Assembly: GCA_964521385.1 (NCBI GenBank)
Contig: CAZFRU010000009.1
Location: forward strand, 40,254 to 104,253
Reading direction: 5' to 3'
DNA length: 64,000 nucleotides
Origin: an uncultured Gemmatimonadaceae bacterium
GTDB taxonomy: Bacteria; Gemmatimonadota; Gemmatimonadetes; Longimicrobiales; Gaopeijiaceae
Part shown: positions 29,294 to 38,707 of the stretch, piece by piece
How positions within the stretch are numbered: position 1 is the stretch's first letter
How the letters are laid out: each line of letters begins with the position of its first letter
Translations under genes and position numbers: made by a program
Notes under the pieces: model-generated
Database searches by the model: none
Told to the model about the DNA's origin: nothing
The model's input: only the letters and a program-made list of their open reading frames with translations

Positions 29294-31216
29294 CTACTCC
29301 TCTGTTTCCGACAGGCGCTCTTCGAGCAGTTGATAGGCGATCGGCATGAAGTCCCGCTCACTCACGATTCCCACGAGCTTGCCGTCGCTCAGGACCGGCA
29401 GGCACGACACCCGATGCTCGCGCATGAGCACGATGGCCTCGAGAGTCGGCGTTTCAGGCGAGACGGTGATCGGATCCCGATCCATGATCGACTTCACGGG
29501 TCGCGCGTCGTCATCGTCGCTCACCCCTCTCGCCTGAGCGATCAGCCGCAGCACTGAACGATACGAAACCAGTCCCACGAGGCAATGGTTGTCGTCTTCC
29601 ACCAGCACATGCCGGATCTGGTTGCGATCCATCAGGAACGCGACCATCTGCACCAGTTCGTCTTCGTGAACCGTGAAGAGGTGGGTGGTCATGTACTGCT
29701 CCACCCGCAGGTAGTTCAGCTTCCACCCGCCGGCTTCTTCGAGCTCGGCCAGCGGCCACTGGTGTCCAGGCGCGTCTTCCTGTTGCAAGCGGACGGTGGC
29801 GGCGGTCACCGCGGCCAGTCGCTCTCCACGAGTGCCCTGCCCCTTCATGTGCGCCAGCGACCGCAGGGTCCAGTTGGCCCCGGTCTGCCCCGATTCCACC
29901 CGGTTCTGCACGACCCCCAGGTAGCGGTTGATGTCCGACGGGCGAATGCCGTACGTCTCGAGTCCGCGACGCGCGAGGGGCAGGAGCGTCCCGAGCACGA
30001 GATCGGGTGCCGCAACGGTACGTCCGCCCACCCAGTTCATCGCCGCCTTGAGGCCGAGTTTGGCGGCCGCCAGGCAGTTGGCCTTCGCGTCGTCGAAGTC
30101 CATCGCCCGGGTGATGTCGCCGTACTCCTCCACCCCTCCGAGAACCGCACCGATCCAGAACGCCGCATTGGCCACCTCGTCGAGCACGGTGGGTCCCGAC
30201 GGCAGAGTGCGGCACTCGATCCGCAGGTGCGGGCGCCCCTCGCTGATGCCGTAGCAGGGGCGATTCCAACGGTAGACCGTGCCGTTGTGCAGTTGCAGCG
30301 CCTGCAGGCGGGGCACACCCCCCGCATCCAGCACCGCCGTGGCATCCTCTTCGACCTCCATCGCCAGAAGCACCCGAAAACGCGCGATGTCTTCCTGAAA
30401 CAAATCAACCACCGAATCGCGAATCCAGCGATCACCAAATCGCACCCGGGGCGACATCTCGCGCATGTGCATCGTGCCGCTGCGTGTGTCGAGGGACTGT
30501 TGGAACAACGCGATCCGCGTCTCGGCCCAGAGGCGCTTGCCGAAGAGCAAGGGAGAGTTGACCGCGGCAGCCAGAACGGGACCCGTGATGGCCTGCGCCA
30601 TGTTGTAGAAAGGCACGAACTCGTCGGCCGACACCTGGAGGTGCACCTGCGCCGACGTGTTGCACGATTCCAGCATGACCGAGTCGTGCTCGACCAGCAG
30701 CTCATCGGTGCCCTCGATCCTCAGGCGGTACGCCTGCCCTCCTCGCATGCGGTTGAGTGCGTCGTTCAGCGCGTAATAGCGCGCCCGCGGCGTGATGTTG
30801 TCGAGGGTGAGGTCGGACTTGGTGAGGGTGGGCAGGATGCCGGTCAGACACACCTGGGCGCCCTCTGCGCGGGCGGCTACACGGGCCTGCCCGAGCAGGT
30901 CGTTCAGTTCGGCTTCCCAGCGCGCGAAGGCGTCGCCCTCGAGCATCCGTGGCTCGAGGTTGACCTCGAGGTTGAAGCGAGCGAGTTCGGGTGTGAAGGG
31001 GGGACCGAGGCGTTCGAGTACCTCGACGCCTTTCGATGCAGGACGCCAACCCGGGCCCACCAGAAAGAACTCCTGCTCGGCCCCGATGCGTCGAACCCCG
31101 GATTCGATCATTCCGGTCTCGAGCATGCGCTCGAGAGCCTGAAGGTCGTTCAGGAGGGCGCGCGTAAAGGCGCGTGCCGATTGGGGAGTCTGCTCGGGAA
31201 CCAGATCCTGACCCAT
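29294..31216 (-). CDS. Glutamate-cysteine ligase family 2 (GCS2-like) amide ligase fused to a CBS pair
   Basis: IGAEQE, ELARFNLE, QVHLQV, NSP, ETRIALF, HNGTVYRWNR, LRIECR; C-terminal CBS pair. Confidence 0.85.
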   Translation of the reverse strand: MGQDLVPEQTPQSARAFTRALLNDLQALERMLETGMIESGVRRIGAEQEFFLVGPGWRPASKGVEVLERLGPPFTPELARFNLEVNLEPRMLEGDAFARWEAELNDLLGQARVAARAEGAQVCLTGILPTLTKSDLTLDNITPRARYYALNDALNRMRGGQAYRLRIEGTDELLVEHDSVMLESCNTSAQVHLQVSADEFVPFYNMAQAITGPVLAAAVNSPLLFGKRLWAETRIALFQQSLDTRSGTMHMREMSPRVRFGDRWIRDSVVDLFQEDIARFRVLLAMEVEEDATAVLDAGGVPRLQALQLHNGTVYRWNRPCYGISEGRPHLRIECRTLPSGPTVLDEVANAAFWIGAVLGGVEEYGDITRAMDFDDAKANCLAAAKLGLKAAMNWVGGRTVAAPDLVLGTLLPLARRGLETYGIRPSDINRYLGVVQNRVESGQTGANWTLRSLAHMKGQGTRGERLAAVTAATVRLQQEDAPGHQWPLAELEEAGGWKLNYLRVEQYMTTHLFTVHEDELVQMVAFLMDRNQIRHVLVEDDNHCLVGLVSYRSVLRLIAQARGVSDDDDARPVKSIMDRDPITVSPETPTLEAIVLMREHRVSCLPVLSDGKLVGIVSERDFMPIAYQLLEERLSETEE

Positions 31217-31223
31217 GAATGCC

Positions 31224-31895
31224 CTATACGAAGGTGGAAATCTCGAGCAACGACTTCTTGCGTATGTCGGGCACCTCTACGGCCTCGGCTGGAAACCCCA
31301 CCACGAGCAGGAGAAACGCCCGTTCGTTGATCGGCCGTTCGAGAAGGTCGTTCAGGAACCCCATGGGCGATGGCGTATGCGTGAGCGTAGCCAGGCCGGC
31401 ATGATGAAGTGCGGCGATCAAGAAGCCGGTGGCGATCCCCACCGACTCGGTCACGTAGTAGTTCTTGTGCTTCTCCCCCTCCGCGTCGCGACTCCAACTC
31501 TCAGCGAAGATGGCGATGAGCCACGGGGCCACCTCGAGAAAGGGTTTGCGGGCGTCGGTGCCCAGATGCGCCAGAGCTTCGATCCACTCGTCGGGCGCCC
31601 GCCCGCCATAGAAGGCCTGCTCCTCTTCTTCGGCGGCCTCACGGATCCGGCGCTTCATGCCCGGATCACCGACGGCGACGAAGTGCCAGGGCTGCTGATT
31701 GGCTCCGTTGGGCGCCGTACCCGCCGCCCGAATGCAGTCTTCGATGATCTCGCGGGGAACCGGCCGGTCGGCGAACTCGCGCACCGACCGGCGCAGCCGG
31801 ATCTCATCGAGAAACGCCCGGGCTCGGGCACGCATCTCTTCGGGCGAGTATACGGGCCGACTCGGAAGGGGTACCGTGCGGTGCGAGGGCGCCAT
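31224..31895 (-). CDS. Iodotyrosine deiodinase-like nitroreductase
   Basis: [49 protein letters not shown]. Confidence 0.85.
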   Translation of the reverse strand: MAPSHRTVPLPSRPVYSPEEMRARARAFLDEIRLRRSVREFADRPVPREIIEDCIRAAGTAPNGANQQPWHFVAVGDPGMKRRIREAAEEEEQAFYGGRAPDEWIEALAHLGTDARKPFLEVAPWLIAIFAESWSRDAEGEKHKNYYVTESVGIATGFLIAALHHAGLATLTHTPSPMGFLNDLLERPINERAFLLLVVGFPAEAVEVPDIRKKSLLEISTFV

Positions 31896-31995
31896 GGAGA
31901 CTCCGTGAGGGAACGAACGGAGACAATCTGCTACGAGCGCGGGCTCGTCAAGCAAACTCCGACCACCCAGCGTCGGTTCGCGGCCTCGAGCCGAC

Positions 31996-32562
31996 TCAAG
32001 CTCCGCGGCGCAACGCCTGCAGCGCGGGCGGGCCCACACCGGCCCGCGCCAGCGCACCCAGCACCTGAGCCGCAGGCAGATTCAGGTATTCGGTGAAGAA
32101 CCGCAGGTGCACCAGACCCACGATTTCCTCGTCGGCGAGTTCGATCGCAGCCCAACTGGCGCCCGGGCGCGAACGGAACTCCCCATAGGCACGGTCGAGG
32201 GGGGCTGCGTCGACGGTATCGCCGATGGGCACGTGGTACTGACCCGCATGCAGTTGGTAGCGGCCCGACAGCTCACTCCAGCTACGGCCCGACCGGCGCA
32301 AGGCGATCACCGCGTCGGGCGATACCCCGCCGCGCCCCGCGATGAACAGCACCACGGGAATCTCGGCCACGGGCAACCCCCAACTGGCCAGCACCTTCAC
32401 CTCGTCGACCGACACCCGATAGTGCTCGGCCACCGCCTGCAGGTAGGTGTCCTGAGCCGGATTCTGAGCCTCGGCCGTCACGGGCATCAGGACCGCGCCA
32501 GCCGAGGCCAGGACCAGAGCGAACGTCGCTCGGGCCGTCGATCGTCGAGCACGAACACGCAT
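31996..32562 (-). CDS. Exported hypothetical helical protein
   Basis: Signal peptide ending AEA-Q; co-oriented with neighbours. Confidence 0.7.
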   Translation of the reverse strand: MRVRARRSTARATFALVLASAGAVLMPVTAEAQNPAQDTYLQAVAEHYRVSVDEVKVLASWGLPVAEIPVVLFIAGRGGVSPDAVIALRRSGRSWSELSGRYQLHAGQYHVPIGDTVDAAPLDRAYGEFRSRPGASWAAIELADEEIVGLVHLRFFTEYLNLPAAQVLGALARAGVGPPALQALRRGA

Positions 32563-32663
32563 GGGCAATCGCCGCCGATGGAAGGAGGATCGAGTCATGG
32601 ACACGCAGGGTGCTACCCCAACGCTGTCACCAGGTCCCCCCAGCGCGCCAGGGTAGAGTGGTC

Positions 32664-34250
32664 TCAGCGCCCCGGACCCTCGACGATCTCGCGGTACGAA
32701 TCGGGATTCCATACGGGTCGCGCGTCGGCATCGGCCACGTCGATTCCGAGATAGAGCAGCAGGCGTCCGATGCGAGCGGTCTTCTCGGTGTCGATCTTGT
32801 CGAGCTCGTCCGAGGCGCGATGGTAGTCCTCGTGCGTGCCATTGAAGAAGAACAGGATCGGCACGCCCTTGCGCGCGAAGTTGAAATGGTCCGACCGGAA
32901 ATAGAACCGCTCCTCGGGCCAGATGTCGTCGATGGCGGTCATGCCGATCTCGGGGTGAGCCGCGTTGACCCGATTCAGGGTGGCGCCGAGATCGGAATGC
33001 TCCTTGCCGATGGCGACGATGGTGTCGGGCCAGTTCCGGCCCACCATGTCGGCGTTCAGGTTCGCGACCATGGCCTCGACGGGCACCGTGGGATTCTCGG
33101 CGTAGTACTGACTGCCCAGCAGCCCCTTCTCTTCACCGCTCACCAGCACGAACACGAATGATCGCCTCGGTCGGGGATCGAGCGACGCCAGGGCCTCGGC
33201 CACCTCCATCACCGTCGCCGTGCCCGAGGCGTCGTCGTCGGCCCCGTTGAAGATCGAGTCGCCGCCTTCGGCGTTGGCCCGCACACCCACATGATCCATG
33301 TGGGCCGAGTAGACCACGTATTCGGCCTTGAGTACCGGGTCACTGCCTTCGAGAACCCCCACCACATTGGGAGCGCTGTCGTCCTGCAGAAGCGAAAGCG
33401 CGGTGGCGGTCGACAAGGTCAGGTCGCCCACGGATGAGACCTCGACGGCCTCGCCGTGGCGTGCCTGGAGGGCGGCCACCTCGACCCCCGTACCGGCGAG
33501 CATCCGCTCGACGGCAGCGGCACGGACCGATATCACCGGGGTCCGCTCGGGGTCGAGTTCACCCACCACCCGCGTGCCGGCGGCGGCGCGGGCCGCCGAG
33601 CGATTCCAGCGTTCGTCGTCGAGGGTGGTGACGAGAAAGACGTTGTCCGCACCCGCCTCGTAGAGCGCGGCCACCCGGGCCGTCCACCCTTCGGCCCGAG
33701 TCGCCTCCATCTCGGGTCCCGCGAAGATGAACACCTGCGCCCGGGCCGGCAGGTCGTCGAGGACCGCTGCGCCACTGCCCGACATCACCACGACCGGGCC
33801 CGTCCCCTCGCCCTCGCGGGGCAGTCCCTGGATGGCCATCAGGTCGGTGCCCCAGGACAGCGAGGCCCCGCCCGACGAGGTGACCGACGACGCGTCGGCG
33901 TCGACGGCATACTGCCGGAGCGCGTAGCGCTGGATGTAGCCGCCGTCGACACCCGGTGCGATTCCCATGGCGGCAAACTCGGCCCCGATCCAGACGGCGA
34001 CCTCTTCGAGCTCGGGACTGGGCGTGTCGCGGCCTCGCATGCTGTCGTCGGCGAGCACCGAGATGCGCTGGTACAGGTCGTCGGCGGTGATCGTCGCTGC
34101 CGCAGCTGCCGCCGCCTCGGGGGTGACGGGAGCCGCAGGGCCACTCACCGCGGTCGCCTCGCCTCTGCCGCAGCCGGCTACGACGACCAGGAACAACGCA
34201 GACGCGGACAAGGCCCCAAGAGGCCTGTAGCTTCGAAGACCGATAGACAT
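32664..34250 (-). CDS. M28 family peptidase, lipoprotein
   Basis: Lipobox VAGC; SAHMDH, NGADDDASG, GEEKGL, RSDH, YHRASD. Confidence 0.9.
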   Translation of the reverse strand: MSIGLRSYRPLGALSASALFLVVVAGCGRGEATAVSGPAAPVTPEAAAAAAATITADDLYQRISVLADDSMRGRDTPSPELEEVAVWIGAEFAAMGIAPGVDGGYIQRYALRQYAVDADASSVTSSGGASLSWGTDLMAIQGLPREGEGTGPVVVMSGSGAAVLDDLPARAQVFIFAGPEMEATRAEGWTARVAALYEAGADNVFLVTTLDDERWNRSAARAAAGTRVVGELDPERTPVISVRAAAVERMLAGTGVEVAALQARHGEAVEVSSVGDLTLSTATALSLLQDDSAPNVVGVLEGSDPVLKAEYVVYSAHMDHVGVRANAEGGDSIFNGADDDASGTATVMEVAEALASLDPRPRRSFVFVLVSGEEKGLLGSQYYAENPTVPVEAMVANLNADMVGRNWPDTIVAIGKEHSDLGATLNRVNAAHPEIGMTAIDDIWPEERFYFRSDHFNFARKGVPILFFFNGTHEDYHRASDELDKIDTEKTARIGRLLLYLGIDVADADARPVWNPDSYREIVEGPGR

Positions 34251-34368
34251 GGACCGCCTACTCCGACCAGGGTTGAACTCGACAGCAGCTGCCACAGCAA
34301 GACAACATAGGCAATCGGTCTCGACTTCGCGTCCCCTCAACCGCTCACGCCCACCACCCCAGGCGCTC

Positions 34369-35283
34369 TCAGCCCGCGTCGACCCTGCGGTACGCCTCGA
34401 TCACCGCCGTCTCGCCCTCGGCGCCCGGGCGTGAGTTGCCGTGCTCCATACCGATGACGCCGGCAAACCCCCGGTCGCGGATATGCGCGAAGACGTTGGC
34501 GAAGTTGATCTCACCGGTCGTGGGCTCCTTGCGCCCAGGATTGTCGCCCACCTGGAAATACGCGATTTCGCTCCATGCCGCGTCGAGATTCGGCAGGAGG
34601 TTGCCCTCGGTGATCTGCTGGTGGTACAGGTCGTCGAGGATCTTGCAAGCCGGACTGTCGACGGCCCGGCAGATCTGGTAGGCCTGGGGGATTCCCTTCA
34701 GAAAGAGCCCCGGATGGTCTCTGGGATTGAGTGGCTCGAGCACCATGACGAGACCGTGGGGCTCGAGAATCGCCGAGGCCTGTCGAAGCGACTCGACCAC
34801 GTGGGCGGTCTGGTAGTCAGGGTGCAGACGCAAATCGACATGCCCCGGTACGACGGTCATCCAGGTGGCGTTGACGCGGCGCGCGACCTCGACCGAGGCC
34901 CGAATCTCATCGAGAAACTCGGCACGCCGGTCGGCGGCCCCGCCGGCCAGGTTGGGCTCGCGCCAGTGGATCGTGTGAGCCACGAACACCCCCATCCGCA
35001 TGCCGAGACGGGCCATGGCGCGCGCGATCCGCTCCTGCTCGTCGACGGGCCGCAACCGCATGTCGTTGTCTTCGAGCGAGCGGAATCCCTGATCGGCCAT
35101 GAATTCCAGCTGGCCCACCAGATCGTCGCCACCCCGATTCCTGAACATCCCGAAATGGGGTGCGTAGTCGAGCGAGAACGGCTCCGCGCGCGGCGCAAGC
35201 GCGCCGAGAGAGGCGGAGGCCGGCACCACCCCACCGAACCCCACGGCCGCACCCGCCTTCAAGAACTCTCGTCGCTCCATCAT
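34369..35283 (-). CDS. Tat-exported hydroxypyruvate isomerase-like TIM barrel protein
   Basis: ERREFLK; LEPLN, DLYHQQI, QVGDNPGRKEP, GMEH. Confidence 0.88.
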   Translation of the reverse strand: MMERREFLKAGAAVGFGGVVPASASLGALAPRAEPFSLDYAPHFGMFRNRGGDDLVGQLEFMADQGFRSLEDNDMRLRPVDEQERIARAMARLGMRMGVFVAHTIHWREPNLAGGAADRRAEFLDEIRASVEVARRVNATWMTVVPGHVDLRLHPDYQTAHVVESLRQASAILEPHGLVMVLEPLNPRDHPGLFLKGIPQAYQICRAVDSPACKILDDLYHQQITEGNLLPNLDAAWSEIAYFQVGDNPGRKEPTTGEINFANVFAHIRDRGFAGVIGMEHGNSRPGAEGETAVIEAYRRVDAG

Positions 35284-35295
35284 GCACCGATCCGG

Positions 35296-36339
35296 TCAGG
35301 GCCGCCCGCGCGGCGTTGGAAATCCCTCGGTCTGCCAGGCGACACCCCCACCGCTGCGGGGGGTCACCCACACTGCGACCCCCTCCAACCCGGCCACCAG
35401 GCGCTCACCTCGGCGCCGGTCGAGCACGCTCAGCGCCGATGCCAGAACGTCGGCCGTGGTGGCGTCGGGGGCAACGACCACGACGGTCGGTGCGTCGGGC
35501 ACGCCCAGCCCGGTACGGGGGTCGACGATGTGCGAGTACCGCACGCCACCGACCTCGAGCGCCTGGTAGCGATCTCCCGAGGTGGCCACCGCAACGTTGC
35601 GCAGTCGATGGGTCTCGCCGTTGGGAAACTCGACCTTCCACCCCGCCTCGCCCGGTGGAGGGTCGCCCAGGGCGAGGTCTCCACCCGCATCGACGAGAGC
35701 GGCCGCAAAGCCGCGGGCGGTCAACTGGGTCAGCATCGCCTGGGCCGCAAACCCCTTGGCGATGCCCCCCAGGTCGAGCGCCATACCCGGGCGCGCCAGG
35801 TAGGCCGTGCGCGCATCCGGGTCGAGATGCAACCCGGACGCTCCCGACCGGGCCCGCGCGGCGGCCAGGCGGCTCGGCTCCGGCAGTACGCCCCGGCGCA
35901 CGCTCCACCGCCATAGCCGGGTGAGGGGCCCGAGGGTGACGTCGAATACACCTTCGGTACGCTGGCCCCATGCCGCGCCAGCCTGGAGCACCTCCCACAG
36001 CTCGTCGCTGACCGGCAGCGGCACCCCGGTCCCCGCGGCCTGCGCGAGGTGGGCGATCTCACTCTCGGGGCGATAGTCGCTGAACAGCGAGTCGAGCCGC
36101 ACCACGAGCGAGAACGCCGCTGCCGCAGCGCGGGCCGCCCCCCCGGTGTCGGCCGAGTGGATCACCAGGCGCACCATGGTGCCCATGTGCGGCTCCTGGA
36201 ACTCATGGCGACGGCCCGTCCCCCCGTGGGGGGTCGCCGCACACCCTGCAAGCATCAGAGCAGCCGCACTCGCCCAACCCGGCGTGATCCGAGCGCCGAG
36301 AGCGAGGTGCCAGCCGACCCGACCGCCCGGGGCCTTCAC
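35296..36339 (-). CDS. apbE: FAD:protein FMN transferase (ApbE)
   Basis: Lipobox LAGC; MGT, FDVTLGPL, DLGGIAKG, ATSGD, YSHIVDPRTG, ADVLAS. Start approximate. Confidence 0.92.
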   Translation of the reverse strand: MKAPGGRVGWHLALGARITPGWASAAALMLAGCAATPHGGTGRRHEFQEPHMGTMVRLVIHSADTGGAARAAAAAFSLVVRLDSLFSDYRPESEIAHLAQAAGTGVPLPVSDELWEVLQAGAAWGQRTEGVFDVTLGPLTRLWRWSVRRGVLPEPSRLAAARARSGASGLHLDPDARTAYLARPGMALDLGGIAKGFAAQAMLTQLTARGFAAALVDAGGDLALGDPPPGEAGWKVEFPNGETHRLRNVAVATSGDRYQALEVGGVRYSHIVDPRTGLGVPDAPTVVVVAPDATTADVLASALSVLDRRRGERLVAGLEGVAVWVTPRSGGGVAWQTEGFPTPRGRP

Positions 36340-36344
36340 GACGT

Positions 36345-37664
36345 TCAGAACGCCCGGGTGACTCCGGGCACCGCCACCGGATACCGGCCGGTCGCGTCGG
36401 GCACGACGCGCGGCGGCGCGTCCCAGGCGTAGCGCGCGGGGCTCAGATCGAGGTCGGAGTTCAGCGCCTCGTCCCATTCGACGATCTGTCCCGAATAGGT
36501 GGCCATCCGGCCCATGATCGCGGTCATCGTGGCGATGGCTCCCCGCTCGGCGTCCGCGTACGCGAAGTCACCCGCCGCGATGGCGGCGAACAACTCGTCG
36601 TGCTCGACCTGATACGGATTGGGATCGCCTTCGGCGTCGTAGGCGAACAACGAGTGGCCGCTGGCCGATACGATCTGTCCCGGTCGGGGCGCCGTGCCGT
36701 TGGTCCCGTGAAACCCCTCCGAGACCCGACTCGCGGTGTTGGGCATGTGCCGACACTGGCTCAGCACGCGAGCGCCCGACGCGTACTCGAATTCGACGAA
36801 GTGGTGATCGAAGATCTGACCATGATCCACGCCGGTCCGGAGCAGGCGTCCCCCCTGCCCCTGGGCTCGTACGGGATGGTCGCCCAGAACCCAGTTGGCG
36901 ACATCGAGGTTGTGGATGTGCTGCTCGACGATGTGGTCTCCGCACAGCCAGGTGAAGTAGTACCAGTTGCGCATCTGGTACTCCATCTCGGTCTGATCCG
37001 GCTGCCGCTCCCGCACCCAGACGCCCGCATCGTTCCAGTAGACCCGACCCAGGATCACATCGCCGATCATGCCGGCGTGGATACGGTCGACCCATTCGCG
37101 ATACACGGTCTGATAGCGGCGCTGGAGACCCACCACGACGTTGAGCTTGCGCTCCTGGGCGCGGGCTGCGGCGGCGATCACCGTGCGAATGCCGGGCCCG
37201 TCAGTGGCCACGGGCTTTTCCATGAACACGTGCTTGCCGGCGTCGACGGCAGCGGCGAAGTGCAGCGGCCTGAACCCCGGAGGAGTAGCCAGGATCACGA
37301 CATCGACCAGCGGCAGCACCTTCAGGTAGGCGTCGAACCCCGCGAAACGGCGCTCGGGCGGCACATCGATACGAGGCGTCAGGTCGACGCCCCCCGACCA
37401 GCTGTCGGAGGCGGTGTTGACCAGGTTGGTGTAGCTACCCTCCACGCGATCGGCGAAGGCGTCGGCCATGGCGACGAGTTGCACGTCCTGCGAGGTGCTG
37501 AGCGCCTGGACCGCGGCTCCGGTGCCCCGGCCGCCACACCCGACCAGACCAATACGGATGGCTGCCGAGCTGGGCTTCGCAGCCCGCAGCGGTGTCGCTT
37601 GCGCGAGGGAGATCCCGCCCAGAGCCGCAGCCGCTCCCGTCTTCATGAAGTTGCGCCGGTCCAT
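36345..37664 (-). CDS. Tat-exported Gfo/Idh/MocA oxidoreductase
   Basis: MDRRNFMK; GLVGCGGRG; ATPPGFR; EKP; EQHIHNLD. Confidence 0.92.
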   Translation of the reverse strand: MDRRNFMKTGAAAALGGISLAQATPLRAAKPSSAAIRIGLVGCGGRGTGAAVQALSTSQDVQLVAMADAFADRVEGSYTNLVNTASDSWSGGVDLTPRIDVPPERRFAGFDAYLKVLPLVDVVILATPPGFRPLHFAAAVDAGKHVFMEKPVATDGPGIRTVIAAAARAQERKLNVVVGLQRRYQTVYREWVDRIHAGMIGDVILGRVYWNDAGVWVRERQPDQTEMEYQMRNWYYFTWLCGDHIVEQHIHNLDVANWVLGDHPVRAQGQGGRLLRTGVDHGQIFDHHFVEFEYASGARVLSQCRHMPNTASRVSEGFHGTNGTAPRPGQIVSASGHSLFAYDAEGDPNPYQVEHDELFAAIAAGDFAYADAERGAIATMTAIMGRMATYSGQIVEWDEALNSDLDLSPARYAWDAPPRVVPDATGRYPVAVPGVTRAF

Positions 37665-37699
37665 CGTCGATCTCCTTGGTTCATGGGTTCGAGGCGAAA

Positions 37700-38707
37700 C
37701 TACTCTCCTGGCAGGATCTCCGCCCAGTAGGCTCGGATCTCGTCCAGTGAGTAGTCGTGAGCAGGACTCACCAGGCGAAAGCCCACGTGGGGCGAATCGG
37801 TGTTCCACCAGCTGCTCTTCGGGATCTGCGGGTCCCGCCGTTTCCACGCCGGGGTCTCGGGAAACCGAGCCGCGCAACGCAGGTCGGACGGCGGATCGTC
37901 GAAGGCGCCGCCGCGAACCACCCCCTGCCCTCGCAGGGGGTCGCCGGCCCGGGGCTCGAGCGCCTCGCCCTGTTCGGGAAGGCGCGCATAGGCGTCGGCC
38001 AGGAATCCATCGCCCACCCACTCGGCTACATTGCCGCTCATGTCGAACAGCCCCCAACCGTTCGGGGCCTTCGATCCCACAGGGTGGTGCGAACCACCGC
38101 TGTTGGCCTCGAACCACGCCTGTTCGGCGAGGCGAGCCCCCTCGACGGTACCGAAGGGGGTCTCACCCCCGGCCCGGCAGGCGTATTCCCATTCGGCCTC
38201 GGTGGGAAGACGGAAGAGCCGACCCGTCTTCTCGGACAACCAACGCGCGTAGTGCAGCGCGTTCATGCGGGTCATGCCGGTGGCCGGATGATCGCCCTTG
38301 GGCATGCCGTGACCGGGATCCTCATAGGGCGGTGACGGTCGGGTGACGGCATCGGCGTCGAAGTCACTCGACGAGGTGGTCGACCCATCGTCGTCGAAGC
38401 TCCGGAAGCGAAAAGGGGCGTACTGGTCGTAGGTCACCTCGTGCGTCCCCATCCAGAACCCCGGGAGCCGCACCGTGCGTACCGGGCCTTCGTCGGCGTC
38501 GCGGCCCACCTCGTCGGCCGCACTTCCCAGCCGGAACACCCCGGCCGGAACGAAGACCAGTTCGAGGCTCTGGCCGGTACCGACGATCTCGACGCTGCGG
38601 GTCTCGCCCGGCTGCTGAGCGGCGAAAGTGGGCGCGGCCGCAGCGACCCAGACGGACGCTGCAACCGCTATGGCGCGAACGAGCCCCACCCCGCGGCCCC
38701 GCCTCAC
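37700..38707 (-). CDS. SUMF1/EgtB/PvdO (FGE-like) family exported protein
   Basis: FRLGS, HEVT, RLPTEAEWEYACR, GLFDMSGNVAEW, VRGG, GFR. Lacks the FGE catalytic Cys pair. Confidence 0.9.
   Translation of the reverse strand: MRRGRGVGLVRAIAVAASVWVAAAAPTFAAQQPGETRSVEIVGTGQSLELVFVPAGVFRLGSAADEVGRDADEGPVRTVRLPGFWMGTHEVTYDQYAPFRFRSFDDDGSTTSSSDFDADAVTRPSPPYEDPGHGMPKGDHPATGMTRMNALHYARWLSEKTGRLFRLPTEAEWEYACRAGGETPFGTVEGARLAEQAWFEANSGGSHHPVGSKAPNGWGLFDMSGNVAEWVGDGFLADAYARLPEQGEALEPRAGDPLRGQGVVRGGAFDDPPSDLRCAARFPETPAWKRRDPQIPKSSWWNTDSPHVGFRLVSPAHDYSLDEIRAYWAEILPGE

Noticed and set aside
29294..31216. gshA of glutathione synthesis
   Set aside because: CBS fusion, deacylase neighbour and no gshB in the window; family-level call only.
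37700..38707. True formylglycine-generating enzyme
   Set aside because: The catalytic Cys pair after RGG is absent and no sulfatase gene is adjacent.
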